Below are positions 51,293 through 62,237 of a stretch of DNA of 64,000 bases, in pieces. Position 1 is the first letter of the stretch. Every line of letters begins with the position of its first letter. The notes beneath the pieces were generated by a model. The model was not told where the DNA came from. It was given only the letters and a program-made list of their open reading frames with translations, and made no database searches. The stretch lies in NCBI GenBank assembly GCA_963719515.1, contig CAVRCJ010000003.1, positions 128,001-192,000 of the forward strand, given 5' to 3'. The DNA is from an uncultured cyanobacterium (lineage in GTDB: Bacteria; Cyanobacteriota; Cyanobacteriia; CAKZMO01). The translations under genes and the position numbers were made by a program.

Positions 51293-52357
51293 TTATGGAG
51301 TCGCCTGCGGGTTGGCGTTCTGCGGGTCAGCGTTCTGCCGGGCCGTGGTGCTTTGGCCGGCTACTGCCGTCTGCCACGCCAGCTTAGCGGCTCCCACCAT
51401 CCCCGCTCGGTTGCCGAGCTGAGCGACCAGCAGCTGCACATCAGCGCGGGAGCTGGGCAAAACCCGCTGCTTTAGCTCTGACCACACAGACGGTAAAAAG
51501 AATTCAGCGCTGGCGCTGATGCCCCCGCCGATGATAATGGCTTCGGGCGTCAGCACATAGATGAGGCTAGCTAGACCTACGCCCAGGTGTTTGCCGTAAC
51601 CCTGCCAAAAGGCGATCGCCTCTGGGTTTCCCTCACTAGCCCACTGACCGAGTTCGGCTGGGCTATGGCCGGTACGCCGATGGATGGCCTGCACCGAGAG
51701 ATGCTGCTCTAGAGAGCCGCTGTTACCGCTGTTGCAGGGCGGCCCCTGGGGATCAATCGTAATCAGCCCCAGCTCTCCCGCCGCCCCGTGGGGGCCAAGG
51801 AATAGCTGTCGATTTAGAACAATAGCTCCCCCTACACCCGTACCGAGGGTCAGCATGATCAGGTTTTCGAAGGGACGCCCTGCCCCTAGCCAGGCCTCCC
51901 CCAGTCCGGCGCAATTGGCATCGTTGGCGAGCACCGTAGGGCAGCTGGTGGCCGCCTCAATCCAGTCTGCAAGGGGAACATTACTCCAGCCTGCCAGATT
52001 AATTGCCACCCGCGCCACGCGTCTCGTCTGGTCTACAGGGCCAGGGGTGCCAACACCAATGGCGGCGATCGCGTAGCGAGCCTGTAGTCCTCTAATGAGC
52101 TCCGAAAGCTTGTCGAGGACGGTGCGGGGTTCTGAGGGCTGAGGCGTGGCGCAGGAGAGCGCCTTTAGGCAATGTCCGTCCTCTCGAAAGCAGCCCAGTT
52201 TGATAGCTGTACCGCCCAAATCTACCCCAATGACGGCTCGAGGTTTGCCGGAGTGTTTGCCCCGGGGGTCTTCATCGTATCGAATTTCACCGTATTGGCC
52301 TTCACGGTGTTGGCTTTCGCTGTGCTGACCCCCATGCGCTGGAGAGACTGAACTCAT
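51293..52357 (-). CDS. ROK family sugar kinase (glucokinase-like)
   Basis: IGVDLGGT; ANDANCAGLGE; TLGTGVGG; AGELG..CNSGNSGSLE. Confidence 0.9.
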   Translation of the reverse strand: MSSVSPAHGGQHSESQHREGQYGEIRYDEDPRGKHSGKPRAVIGVDLGGTAIKLGCFREDGHCLKALSCATPQPSEPRTVLDKLSELIRGLQARYAIAAIGVGTPGPVDQTRRVARVAINLAGWSNVPLADWIEAATSCPTVLANDANCAGLGEAWLGAGRPFENLIMLTLGTGVGGAIVLNRQLFLGPHGAAGELGLITIDPQGPPCNSGNSGSLEQHLSVQAIHRRTGHSPAELGQWASEGNPEAIAFWQGYGKHLGVGLASLIYVLTPEAIIIGGGISASAEFFLPSVWSELKQRVLPSSRADVQLLVAQLGNRAGMVGAAKLAWQTAVAGQSTTARQNADPQNANPQATP

Positions 52358-52487
52358 ACCACCTGGTCGCGTAACGTCCGCCCTTCAGTGTCGCATTTTT
52401 TTAGCCCCTTATTGTAGATGGCCTGCGCCCGGGCCCTGAGCGCGAGCCTTAGGCGCAGGCTGCAACCTACTCTAAGACTAGCGGCCA

Positions 52488-53126
52488 TTAAGCTTCTGGC
52501 AGCGGGATAGGACTCACCTTCGCCCGGTGCAGCAGAGTATCAGCTTGGCGATAGCCGACGTATCGCACCCGCACCGGCTCCCCTAGCTGTGCCTGTCCCG
52601 CCATCAGCTGATGTACCCGAGGGTCATAGGGCACCTCCTGCCCGACGTCGCCAATGGCCACAACACCCCACGACTGAATTAACGCTATGACCGGGGCGAC
52701 CAGGGGAACGACCCGAGACGCGGGGATGTCCTCGCCGGTTTGAGCCGCATTTTGAATGGCGTACAGCGCCGTGGGCCACTGCAGCAGCCAGGACTCCAGC
52801 ACCTGTAGGCTCAGCCGCTGAAACTGCTGTGGCGATCGCGCCTCCGGCGGTTGAGGCTGGGGGGCAAGGGATTGGGGCGCTGTCGGCTCCACCGCATTTT
52901 TTTCTTGCCCATCGACCCTGGTCGAAAACTGCTGAATCAGTTCCGTCAGCGACAGGTCGAGGGCCCGGCTCAGCTTGAGGAGCGTGTCTAGTCGCATTTG
53001 CGGGAGCTGACCGTTCCGCAGCCGCCTCACTGAGCCCGGAGACACTTGAGCCGCCGCGCAGAGCGCTTTCAAGCTTACGAGCCCAGTCTGCTGCATTTGC
53101 CGCCGGAGTTGGTCACTATAGTCCAT
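52488..53126 (-). CDS. XRE-type HTH protein with GrpE-like C-terminal domain
   Basis: N-terminal HTH; C-terminal VPYDPRVHQL...VRVRYVGY...LHRAKVS. Confidence 0.7.
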   Translation of the reverse strand: MDYSDQLRRQMQQTGLVSLKALCAAAQVSPGSVRRLRNGQLPQMRLDTLLKLSRALDLSLTELIQQFSTRVDGQEKNAVEPTAPQSLAPQPQPPEARSPQQFQRLSLQVLESWLLQWPTALYAIQNAAQTGEDIPASRVVPLVAPVIALIQSWGVVAIGDVGQEVPYDPRVHQLMAGQAQLGEPVRVRYVGYRQADTLLHRAKVSPIPLPEA

Positions 53127-53472
53127 CTATCGCACCCTTCCTCAGAAAACAGTTCGGATTATCCGCTACTCCGGCGAAGATCTGAGCGAGCTGAGGAGGA
53201 TTCACAAGACCGTCGCTAGTCATAAGGGGGGCAGAGGTCATAAGGGTGACATCTACAGAAGGAAATAAATATATCGGTTAAAACGGAGGGAGTTGGGCTA
53301 GCATTTAAACACTGGTCTGACCCTGATCACCTAAAACCAATGGGTCAAGATGATGGTCTAGCCCAGGGTATCAATGGCCATCTCCCTTATACGGTCTATC
53401 CTCCATCTACAGCTCACGACTAGATCGATCCATCGCTCAAAGCGATCGCTGGAACCTTAATCAATTTTTGTT

Positions 53473-55326
53473 ATGGTACTGCAAAACTGCTTGCGCCTTC
53501 GCCGCTCGCTCGGATGCCTCACCGCTGTCGCTATTGGCGCGATGGCTCCTTTCTCTGCAGCGGCGCAGAGCACCTCCGAGCCCGCTAACGCTACCCCTGA
53601 GCCTCAGCTGCTGGCTGAGCCAATCATCGATGTGGGCGTTATTCAGCGGTTTGGGGAAGATAATGCAGACCAGCTGACTATCGAGCCGATGGCGGGCGAT
53701 CGCCTCACGGTGACCTTTACGGTCGGCGATCAGTCCCAGACGGTGACTACTGACGAAGCGGTGGTCAAAATCACTCGTCAGCCTCTGCCTGAGCCTGTCC
53801 TAGATGAGCGCATTGTTCTGAGTAGCCATCGGAGTTTTGAGAGCGCTGAGGATAGCGCACGCTACTGGAGAGAGCAGGGCCTTGAGGTAGAGCTGGCCCA
53901 GCCTGAAAAGTGGCAAGTATGGGCCAAACGCGAGGTCTACAGGACGCCGCTGATGCGCCGCTTGGCCCTGCATAACGCCCAGGCTCAGGGGGCCAAGACA
54001 GCGTTTCTCGATACTAAAATTCGCCGCGATCTGCCCCAAACCACTTTCATTATTGACGGCTATAGCTACAGCCGCGACTTCGCCAAGATCGAAACGCAGC
54101 GGGGTCAGATGCAGATCGACCAGCTCAACGACAACACTGAATCCCGGCGCTATGGCGGGAACGTCACGCTGCAGCCCAACGCCTACGGCACCTACACCGT
54201 TGTTACTCACGTTCCTATTGAGACCTATCTGCGGGGTGTTGTTCCCCATGAGATTGGCCCCTCAGCCCCAACTGCAGCCATCGAAGCCCAAGCTGTTTTA
54301 GCGCGCACCTACGCCCTGCGGAATTTACGGCGCTTTGAAATCGACGACTACGAGCTGTGCGCCGATACCCAGTGCCAGGTCTATTTTGGGCTCAATGAGA
54401 CCAGCGAAGTCAGCGATCGCGCCATCGAGGCAACTCGGGGTCAGGTGCTCACCTACCAAAACCAGCTGGTTGACGCTCTCTACTCCTCTACTACCGGGGG
54501 AGTGACGGCTCCCTTTAGCGACGTTTGGAATGGCGACAACCGTCCCTACCTACGAGCGGTGGTTGATTCAGTCTACGGTCTATGGGACATTTCGCAACAC
54601 AGCCTGGCCAGTGAAGAGAACTTCCGTCGCTTCATGTCGATGTCAGAAGGCTTCAACGAAGCCGGGTGGGAGCGGTTCCGCTGGCGTAGAGAAGAAAAGC
54701 TGCCTAAAATCGCGGCCGATATGCAGGCTTACCTGGCGGCAATTCAGCACCCTTCCGCAGGGTTCTCTGAGCTGATTGAGCTGAAGATTACTGAACGGGC
54801 TGATTCTGGCCGCATTCAGGTGCTAGAGGTGGTCACCGACAAAGGGACCGTCAAGCTAAAGAAAGACGAAATCATTCGGGCGCTCTACCCGCCTATCAGC
54901 ACGCTGTTTTATCTGGAGCCTCTGTACGAAAAGCCGATGGCGCCGCCTTCACCTGAGCAACCTGCAGCGCCCGCAGCGTCTTCGCCCGAGTCGACACAGG
55001 CCGCCAAGGCAACGACAGCCTCGAAGGCGCTTCCACCCGGCACGTCTCCAGCGGCGTCAGAGGCCGATCCTACAGCTAACAAGGTGGAGGCCGATATCCC
55101 GTTCCCGTCGTCTGCCCCCGTTGCTCAAATTCCGACTGAGACCGTTCTGGCGGGCTATGCCTTTGTGGGTGGAGGCTTTGGCCATGGCGTCGGCATGAGC
55201 CAAACTGGAGCCTACAAGTTGGGAGAGCTAGGGTGGACGAGCGATCGCATTCTTAGCTTTTACTATCCTGGCAGCGTTCTGCAGCCGCTGCATGACCGGC
55301 TCGTCTTCTGGCGCGCGTCTCAATAA
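53473..55326 (+). CDS. SpoIID/LytB domain protein
   Basis: ETYLRGVVPHE; AQAVLARTYA; CADTQCQVY; GGGFGHGVGMSQTGA. Confidence 0.9.
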   Translation: MVLQNCLRLRRSLGCLTAVAIGAMAPFSAAAQSTSEPANATPEPQLLAEPIIDVGVIQRFGEDNADQLTIEPMAGDRLTVTFTVGDQSQTVTTDEAVVKITRQPLPEPVLDERIVLSSHRSFESAEDSARYWREQGLEVELAQPEKWQVWAKREVYRTPLMRRLALHNAQAQGAKTAFLDTKIRRDLPQTTFIIDGYSYSRDFAKIETQRGQMQIDQLNDNTESRRYGGNVTLQPNAYGTYTVVTHVPIETYLRGVVPHEIGPSAPTAAIEAQAVLARTYALRNLRRFEIDDYELCADTQCQVYFGLNETSEVSDRAIEATRGQVLTYQNQLVDALYSSTTGGVTAPFSDVWNGDNRPYLRAVVDSVYGLWDISQHSLASEENFRRFMSMSEGFNEAGWERFRWRREEKLPKIAADMQAYLAAIQHPSAGFSELIELKITERADSGRIQVLEVVTDKGTVKLKKDEIIRALYPPISTLFYLEPLYEKPMAPPSPEQPAAPAASSPESTQAAKATTASKALPPGTSPAASEADPTANKVEADIPFPSSAPVAQIPTETVLAGYAFVGGGFGHGVGMSQTGAYKLGELGWTSDRILSFYYPGSVLQPLHDRLVFWRASQ

Positions 55327-55327
55327 A

Positions 55328-55369
55328 GAAGAGGGAGAGTAGGATCATCTCTTCCACTCTCCCTCTTTC
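55328..55369. terminator. Bidirectional terminator-like hairpin between the spoIID-like gene and petF
   Basis: AAGAGGGAGAGT...ACTCTCCCTCTT inverted repeat between convergent genes. Confidence 0.6.
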
Positions 55370-55390
55370 AAGCTGACTATTTAGGCTGAC

Positions 55391-55690
55391 TTAGTACAGC
55401 GCTTCTTCCTGGTGAGTCGTGATTGTGCAATCAGAGGTGGGGTAAGCCACACAGGTCAGAATGTAGCCGGCGGAAATCTGGTCGTCGTCGAGGAACGATT
55501 GGTCAGACTGATCGATAGTTCCAGATTCTAGCTTACCGGCACAGGTCGAGCAAGCGCCTGCACGGCAGGAGAAGGGAAGGTCAATACCTTTTTCTTCAGC
55601 AACATCAAGGATGTACTCGTCATCGGGCACTTCAATCGTGGTATTTAGCCCTTCAGCCTCGCTGACTAGAGTAACTTTATACGTAGGCAT
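55391..55690 (-). CDS. petF: Plant-type ferredoxin I
   Basis: [36 protein letters not shown], 99 aa. Confidence 0.95.
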   Translation of the reverse strand: MPTYKVTLVSEAEGLNTTIEVPDDEYILDVAEEKGIDLPFSCRAGACSTCAGKLESGTIDQSDQSFLDDDQISAGYILTCVAYPTSDCTITTHQEEALY

Positions 55691-56063
55691 GAAAATCCTC
55701 TCAAATATCAATTAACACTGCAATGGTCTGAGACAAATTTGAGTTCTGAAGAACACGTGAATGACGCGCGGTGGGCTTATTATACCTACTTCAGAACAGC
55801 TGTCTATATCCGATATTAAATGAAAACTTAAGATAAGCAACGTTAAAAGGTGGAGGATGGCCAACGGGATTTATAATGAGTCGGGCTAATTTAGGCTGAA
55901 ATTACTTATGGCTGGCGTCATACAGCGCAGTTCAAGCGTAAGTGCCTCAATAAATGAGCGTATAGGTAGATGTCGTTTGGGGCTGAACGAGGTGCGAGAC
56001 AGGGACGCCAAGCGATCGCCTACTCTAGATGAGCATAGGCTGGGGCACAAATCTGCTTTGCAA

Positions 56064-56135
56064 AGCCCGTGACGAGGATTGAACTCGTGACCTCACCCTT
56101 ACCAAGGGTGCGCTCTACCACTGAGCTACACGGGC
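56064..56135 (-). tRNA. trnT: tRNA-Thr(GGT)
   Basis: GCCCGTGTAGCTCAGTGGTAGAGCGCACCCTTGGTAAGGGTGAGGTCACGAGTTCAATCCTCGTCACGGGCT cloverleaf. Confidence 0.96.
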
Positions 56136-56210
56136 GGATTTTTGTTGTCAATAAGCGGCGTCATCTGGCTCATGCCGCTGAGTCGCTTTATAAATAGAGG
56201 CTATAAAGTG

Positions 56211-56295
56211 TGGTGGGCCGGGTTGGATTCGAACCAACGTAAGCTTAGCTAGCGGATTTACAGTCCGCCCCCATTAACCACTCGGGCACCGACCC
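56211..56295 (-). tRNA. trnY: tRNA-Tyr(GTA)
   Basis: GGGTCGGTGCCCGAGTGG...GGACTGTAAATCC...GTTCGAATCCAACCCGGCCCACCA; long variable arm; CCA encoded. Confidence 0.96.
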
Positions 56296-56373
56296 ATTTC
56301 ACACGGATTCCTATCGTAACATGGGATTTCCTCAGTTTGACGTTGAGCTGTCAAATTTTTCAGGGCAGCAGGT

Positions 56374-57546
<1,173 letters not shown>

Positions 57547-57632
57547 TCAGGATAGTGAGGTCTTTATCTTACTGGGGAAATCCCTGTCGTGAGAGGCTCT
57601 CTTGAGATAAAAGTGCGGCGATTGCGCGGGCT

Positions 57633-59839
57633 CTACCGCAAATTTAGCTCTCCGGTTTCCTGCAGGGCGTGGAGGCGGTGATAGATGCCGCCGCGATCTA
57701 ACAGCTGCTGGTGCGTTCCCACCTCGGCGATCGCCCCCTGGTCGAGCACCACAATCTTGTCGGCCTCCCGCACCGTGCTCAGGCGGTGGGCGATAATCAA
57801 GGTGGTGCGGGTGCGTGACATCCTCCCGACGCTGACAGCAAGCTGTACAGCGCGGGCTTCCTCAGTGACTCCCAGCTATTGCCGAGACATATCCTGAGAT
57901 AGGTTTATACTCCGCCTGATGCCCCACGGCAGAGTTTTGAATTTTCATCTCCGCGAGGGAGGATACGCACTATGTGTCGCAGATACATTTGCAAACTGAG
58001 GAACGGGTGACTTGCAGCTTTCGCCTACGGGCCCGTCACACTCTTTGCGGGGTGTATCACCTTGCTATCTCTATCATACCAACTGCTAGCCTCAGCGCTG
58101 AGCGCACTATCCGCTGTGCATCATTTTGCGGGCGCACTTCGGCTAGCGCGACTCTCATCCCGACGCACACCCTGACGGGTAGAGCGCGGGGCTTCCTGTC
58201 TAGTAGCTAAAATGCTGCCCATGGCCAGCTGAATCGCCCGCTCGGACTCGTAGTCCAAGCTAGAGGTGGCCTCGTCGAACACCAGCACATCGGGGTTGAC
58301 CAGCAGCGCCCGCGCAATGCCTAGCCGCTGCCGCTGGCCGCCCGACAGCCGCACCCCCCGCTCCCCCACCATGGTGCCGTAGCCCCGGGGCAGGCGGTGG
58401 ATGAAGTCGTCTACCCGGGCCACGCGGCAGGCTTCTTCTACGTCTTCTAAAGAAGCCTCGGGTCGCCCGTAGGTGAGGTTTTCTAGCAAGGTGCCGTTGA
58501 ACACGTCCACCTCCTGATGAACGATGGCCAGCCGTCTGCGGTAGCCCGTGATATCTAGGGTGCGGATATCTTGACCATCGATGCGGATGCCGCCCTGGTT
58601 GGGATTGAAATAGCGAAACAGCAGCTTCACCAGCGTAGACTTCCCCGAACCCGAGCGTCCCACTAGCGCCACGGTCTGGTAGGGCTCAATTAGCAGGTCG
58701 ATGCCTTTGAGGACGGGGCGCTCCTGCGCGTAGCCGAAGGTGAGGCGAGAAAACTCTAGCTTGCCGGTGAACTGGTATTGGGGAACGGCGGCGGGATCGT
58801 TGAGGCTAGCCGCATCCTCGCCCACGGGCTCTGCCATCAATTCGTGAAACCGCAGCATAGAGGCGTAGCGGCGGGCAAACACCTCGACAACCACGCTGAT
58901 GGGCTCTAGCTCCGAGTAGGCCATGCTGGAGATCGTCAGCGTCGTGACGAAATATCCCAGGGAGATCTGATTGTTGAGGGCCGCCACCAGCGTCAGCATC
59001 AAAATAGCAAACACGCAGCTTTGCACAAACGTTCGCTGCCAAGTAAACAGCACCACGTAGCCCCTATGGATACGATAGTTCACCATCTTAAACTCCCGCT
59101 GCAGCCGCTGCTGCTGGTGGGTCAGCTCTCGCTGTTCGGTGGCGAAGGCCTTTACGGTTTTGATATTGGTGACCACTTCGGCCATGCGGCTCTCGGTATT
59201 TTCGATGTGGTGGTCGAGCAGCGTCTCCTTGGTGATCAACCGCCGCAGGTGAGCCACAGTGAACCCCAGAATCAGGGTAAAAGAGACCAAAAACAGCAGG
59301 GCAATGCGCCACTCAATCCACCAAATTACCGCGAAGATACCGGCGATGCGAACGAGTTTGGGCACCAGCTGTCCCGCAACTTCGGGGTAGGTCCAGGTGT
59401 GGTTTGAGAGTCCTTTGGCGACGCGGCCCGCAATCCGCCCGGGATTGTTCTCATCGTAGAACTCCAAGGGCAGCGTCAAAATCTTCTCCATCACCCGCGC
59501 TGCTTGGTCCCGCCGCGATCGCAGGGGAATGTCCCAGTGGAACCAGGTGCTAATCCAGGGCTGTAGGGGGGCGCGCAGGACGGTGACCATAAACGTCAGG
59601 CCAAGCAGCACGATCAGTTCGGCGTTGGGGCTATTCTCGAGGCCCAGGGGAGCCGCGATCGCAACCAGTCCTCGGACTATCGCGTCCGTTGGCTGCTGAG
59701 ACAAGATGTTGAGAATTTGCCCCGTTGCATAGGGTATCAGCAGGTCAATAAGTTCGAAGACGCTGCTGGCTGCTATGCTGGCTATTCCCAAAGGCCAGTA
59801 TGGGCGAAAGTAGCTCAGCATATCTCGAAATGTAGCCAT
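57633..59839 (-). pseudogene. ABC exporter (fused TMD + ATPase) interrupted by a 392-bp insertion
   Basis: Walker A GRSGSGKS, LSGGQRQR and FDEATSSLD lie in the 5' part; H-loop IIAHRLSTV lies in a separate 3' fragment; removing 57815-58206 restores in-frame ..[16 protein letters not shown]. Confidence 0.88.
57815..58206 (-). mobile_element. Non-autonomous IS200/IS605-family element (PATE-like)
   Basis: Inserted immediately 3' of TTAG; ends GGAGGATGTCAC; no target duplication; related subterminal hairpins GGAAGCCC(C)GCGCT...GCGTCGGGA at both ends. Confidence 0.82.
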
Positions 59840-60058
59840 GAGCTTTCACCAGAACTGCACCGCCCTATCTGTTTAAACCAAAAAATCAACAACCAAAAAA
59901 TCAACAGCGCTTTCCGCAAACGCTGCTGATTGACAACATTCGTCTAAGTCGAGACGTGGAGCAGCCCTCAGGGAGAACTCCATTTCTCAAAATTGCTTCG
60001 ACCTATCAGCACGCTGCCGTTGTTGTAAACGGCCTATTAGACTGAAGACAGACTCGCG

Positions 60059-60199
60059 CTAGCCGAGCGCATAGGCACCCTGCAGCGCCCAAACGACCAA
60101 AAAGGCAATGCTGCCAAAAATCAGCAGGGCAGCGGCTAGGACGTTGATGGGCGAATCGACGCGGCTCAGATCGGTTGTGCTACGGTTTGGTTCGGCCAT
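60059..60199 (-). CDS. Small single-TM protein (46 aa)
   Basis: Manual translation MAEPNRSTTDLSRVDSPINVLAAALLIFGSIAFLVVWALQGAYALG; GAGGG upstream. Confidence 0.55.
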   Translation of the reverse strand: MAEPNRSTTDLSRVDSPINVLAAALLIFGSIAFLVVWALQGAYALG

Positions 60200-60253
60200 G
60201 GATAGCTATCCCTCAGACATTAAAGTGCTGTCAACGTGGAGCAACTCCATTCT

Positions 60254-60284
60254 AGGCGGGCCGCGAAAATTTGGCGACCCGCCT
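60254..60284. terminator. Hairpin downstream of the GH13 gene
   Basis: AGGCGGGCCGC...GCGACCCGCCT. Confidence 0.45.
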
Positions 60285-60308
60285 GACCCAATCCCAGTTT
60301 CAAAAGAT

Positions 60309-61961
60309 CTAGCCTTGCCAGACAAAAACCTGAGCCTCGTACTCTCCCAAATCTAAAAGCAGCCCGTCTTCACCAGAGGTGACGTCGTAATCTCTGGTCC
60401 ATTCGTGCCAGTTGCCCGCCTCCGGAAAGCCGGGGACATGATACCCCTTGAGGAAGGACTCAGAGAAGTTGGCCACAACTGCCACCCGAGACCCCTCATC
60501 ATTCCAGCGGACGTAGGCCAGCACCTTGGCCTCTGGATCTTCGTGAAAGAAGTCAACGTTCTCTGTGTAGAGCGCGTGGTTATCGCGCCGCAGCCGGGTC
60601 AGCCCTTTGTAGTACTGCAGCAGGTTTTGGTTCGGGTCATTGCGCAGCAGCTGCCAGTCAATTTTTGAGGGCTCAGGGTCTAGCGGCTGGTAGGACCCGA
60701 ACTCCTCTCCCATCCAGATTAGGGGGACGCCCACCGCCGTCATCAAAATGGCGCTGCCCAGCCGCAGCCGCCGGAAAGCCGCTTCGTCAAAGATATCGCG
60801 GTTGGACAGCTCTACCATGACGCGCTCATGGTCATGGTTGGTCAAATAGTTGACGACATTAGTTGACCCCAAAAAGCCTTGGCGACGGCAGTCGATAACA
60901 GACTTCAGCTCTTCTAGGTTAAAGCTGTCGCCGCAGATGTGGGCTTTGACCGTATGGTAAAAGCTGTCGTGCCAGCAGCTATCCATAGGACCATCGACGT
61001 TGGTGATGGTCGGGGTTTCTGGAATGTGCTCAGCGACATTGAAGAAGGGCTTGGCGCCAGCCGTTTCCTTAGTTTTGTTGACGGCCCAGTGCATGAAGTC
61101 GTAGTTGGCAATCTGGCGAGCGGCGTCGTAGCGAATGCCGTCAATGTGGTATTCCCTGACCCAAAACTCGACGGTGTCGCCGATGAATTTCCAGGCAGGC
61201 TTGACGTCTAGGTTCTCGTCGTAATGCTCGTAGTTAAACTCGGGTCCCCAGTTGTTGTCGGGGTCACGGGGCTCGTGATGATACCAGTAGTCGTGGTCGA
61301 TTTGGGTGAGGGGGGAAGAGGACTCCGAGTGGTTGAAGATGCCGTCCATAATCACGCGGATGCCGCGACCGTGGCACTCGTCGATTAGGCGCTTGAGCTC
61401 TTCAGTGGTGCCGTAGCTAGATTCAGAGGCGAAGAAGTAGCGCGGGTTGTAGCCCCAGCTGTAGTCCCCTGGGTATTCCTTGACCGGCATCAGCTCAATG
61501 GCGTTGATGCCCAGATCCTGCAGGTAGTCCAGCTTTTCCACCACGTGCTTGTACTGGCCGCGCAGGGCTGAGTCGGCCTCTCCCCCCGAGAAGTCATGGA
61601 CGTGGGTTTCGTAGATGACGAGCTCGTGGTCGGCGGGCAGCGGGTTATCGTCGTGCTGCCAGACGTAGGTGTCCGTAATGCGATCGCCGTCCTTGATGCG
61701 CGCAATGCCGTTTTGGCTGGGGTCATCGATATCGGTGAGGTAGGGGTCGTTGACGTCCACCCACTCGTCGGGCTCAAAAAACCAGGACTTCGACTGCACC
61801 CGAAACTTGTACTGGTATTCCCCATCTTCTAGGTCAACGGTGGTCCGAAAGTAGCCGTCTTCCCCTTTCTCCATGGGAACTGTTTCCCAGTCGGAGAAAT
61901 CACCAATCAAAGCTGCACCTAGGTTATACGGCGCAAATAGCTTAAATTCTACCGAAGACAT
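60309..61961 (-). CDS. Alpha-amylase family (GH13) glycoside hydrolase with N-terminal CBM48-like domain
   Basis: LGINAIELMP; WGYNP; DGIRYDAA; VAEH; YLTNHDH catalytic regions. Confidence 0.9.
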   Translation of the reverse strand: MSSVEFKLFAPYNLGAALIGDFSDWETVPMEKGEDGYFRTTVDLEDGEYQYKFRVQSKSWFFEPDEWVDVNDPYLTDIDDPSQNGIARIKDGDRITDTYVWQHDDNPLPADHELVIYETHVHDFSGGEADSALRGQYKHVVEKLDYLQDLGINAIELMPVKEYPGDYSWGYNPRYFFASESSYGTTEELKRLIDECHGRGIRVIMDGIFNHSESSSPLTQIDHDYWYHHEPRDPDNNWGPEFNYEHYDENLDVKPAWKFIGDTVEFWVREYHIDGIRYDAARQIANYDFMHWAVNKTKETAGAKPFFNVAEHIPETPTITNVDGPMDSCWHDSFYHTVKAHICGDSFNLEELKSVIDCRRQGFLGSTNVVNYLTNHDHERVMVELSNRDIFDEAAFRRLRLGSAILMTAVGVPLIWMGEEFGSYQPLDPEPSKIDWQLLRNDPNQNLLQYYKGLTRLRRDNHALYTENVDFFHEDPEAKVLAYVRWNDEGSRVAVVANFSESFLKGYHVPGFPEAGNWHEWTRDYDVTSGEDGLLLDLGEYEAQVFVWQG

Positions 61962-62237
61962 AAACTACCTCAGAGCAAATTTAGAGATGAACAAAAGAAC
62001 CAAAGTCGCTGGCGATCGCTTCACCAAAGTACCCGCTGTGCTGACGTCTGCCCGAGCGCCAAGGCTATGCCTAGAAGTAGTTCTGAGCACTTCTTAAATT
62101 ATCCTGAAATTTCGCGAAAGCACACTCCTCCCCCGGGATGGTCGTATCGCACTTTCAAAAATCCCTAGATAGAGGCCCGTACGATCAACAGCCCCGTGAG
62201 GCGATCGCGGCGTCGAGCTTAGCGAAGCGGAGCAGCG

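Noticed and set aside
56064..56295. tRNA pair as an integration site for an island or prophage
   Set aside because: No integrase and no duplicated tRNA 3' end seen; the flanks are core genes.
57815..58206. IStron / group I or group II intron interpretation of the insertion
   Set aside because: No recognisable group I P/Q/R/S core; the upstream exon ends in G rather than U and the element ends in C rather than the terminal G; no group II 5' GTGCG at the boundary or domain V. Not fully excluded without an Infernal scan or RT-PCR.
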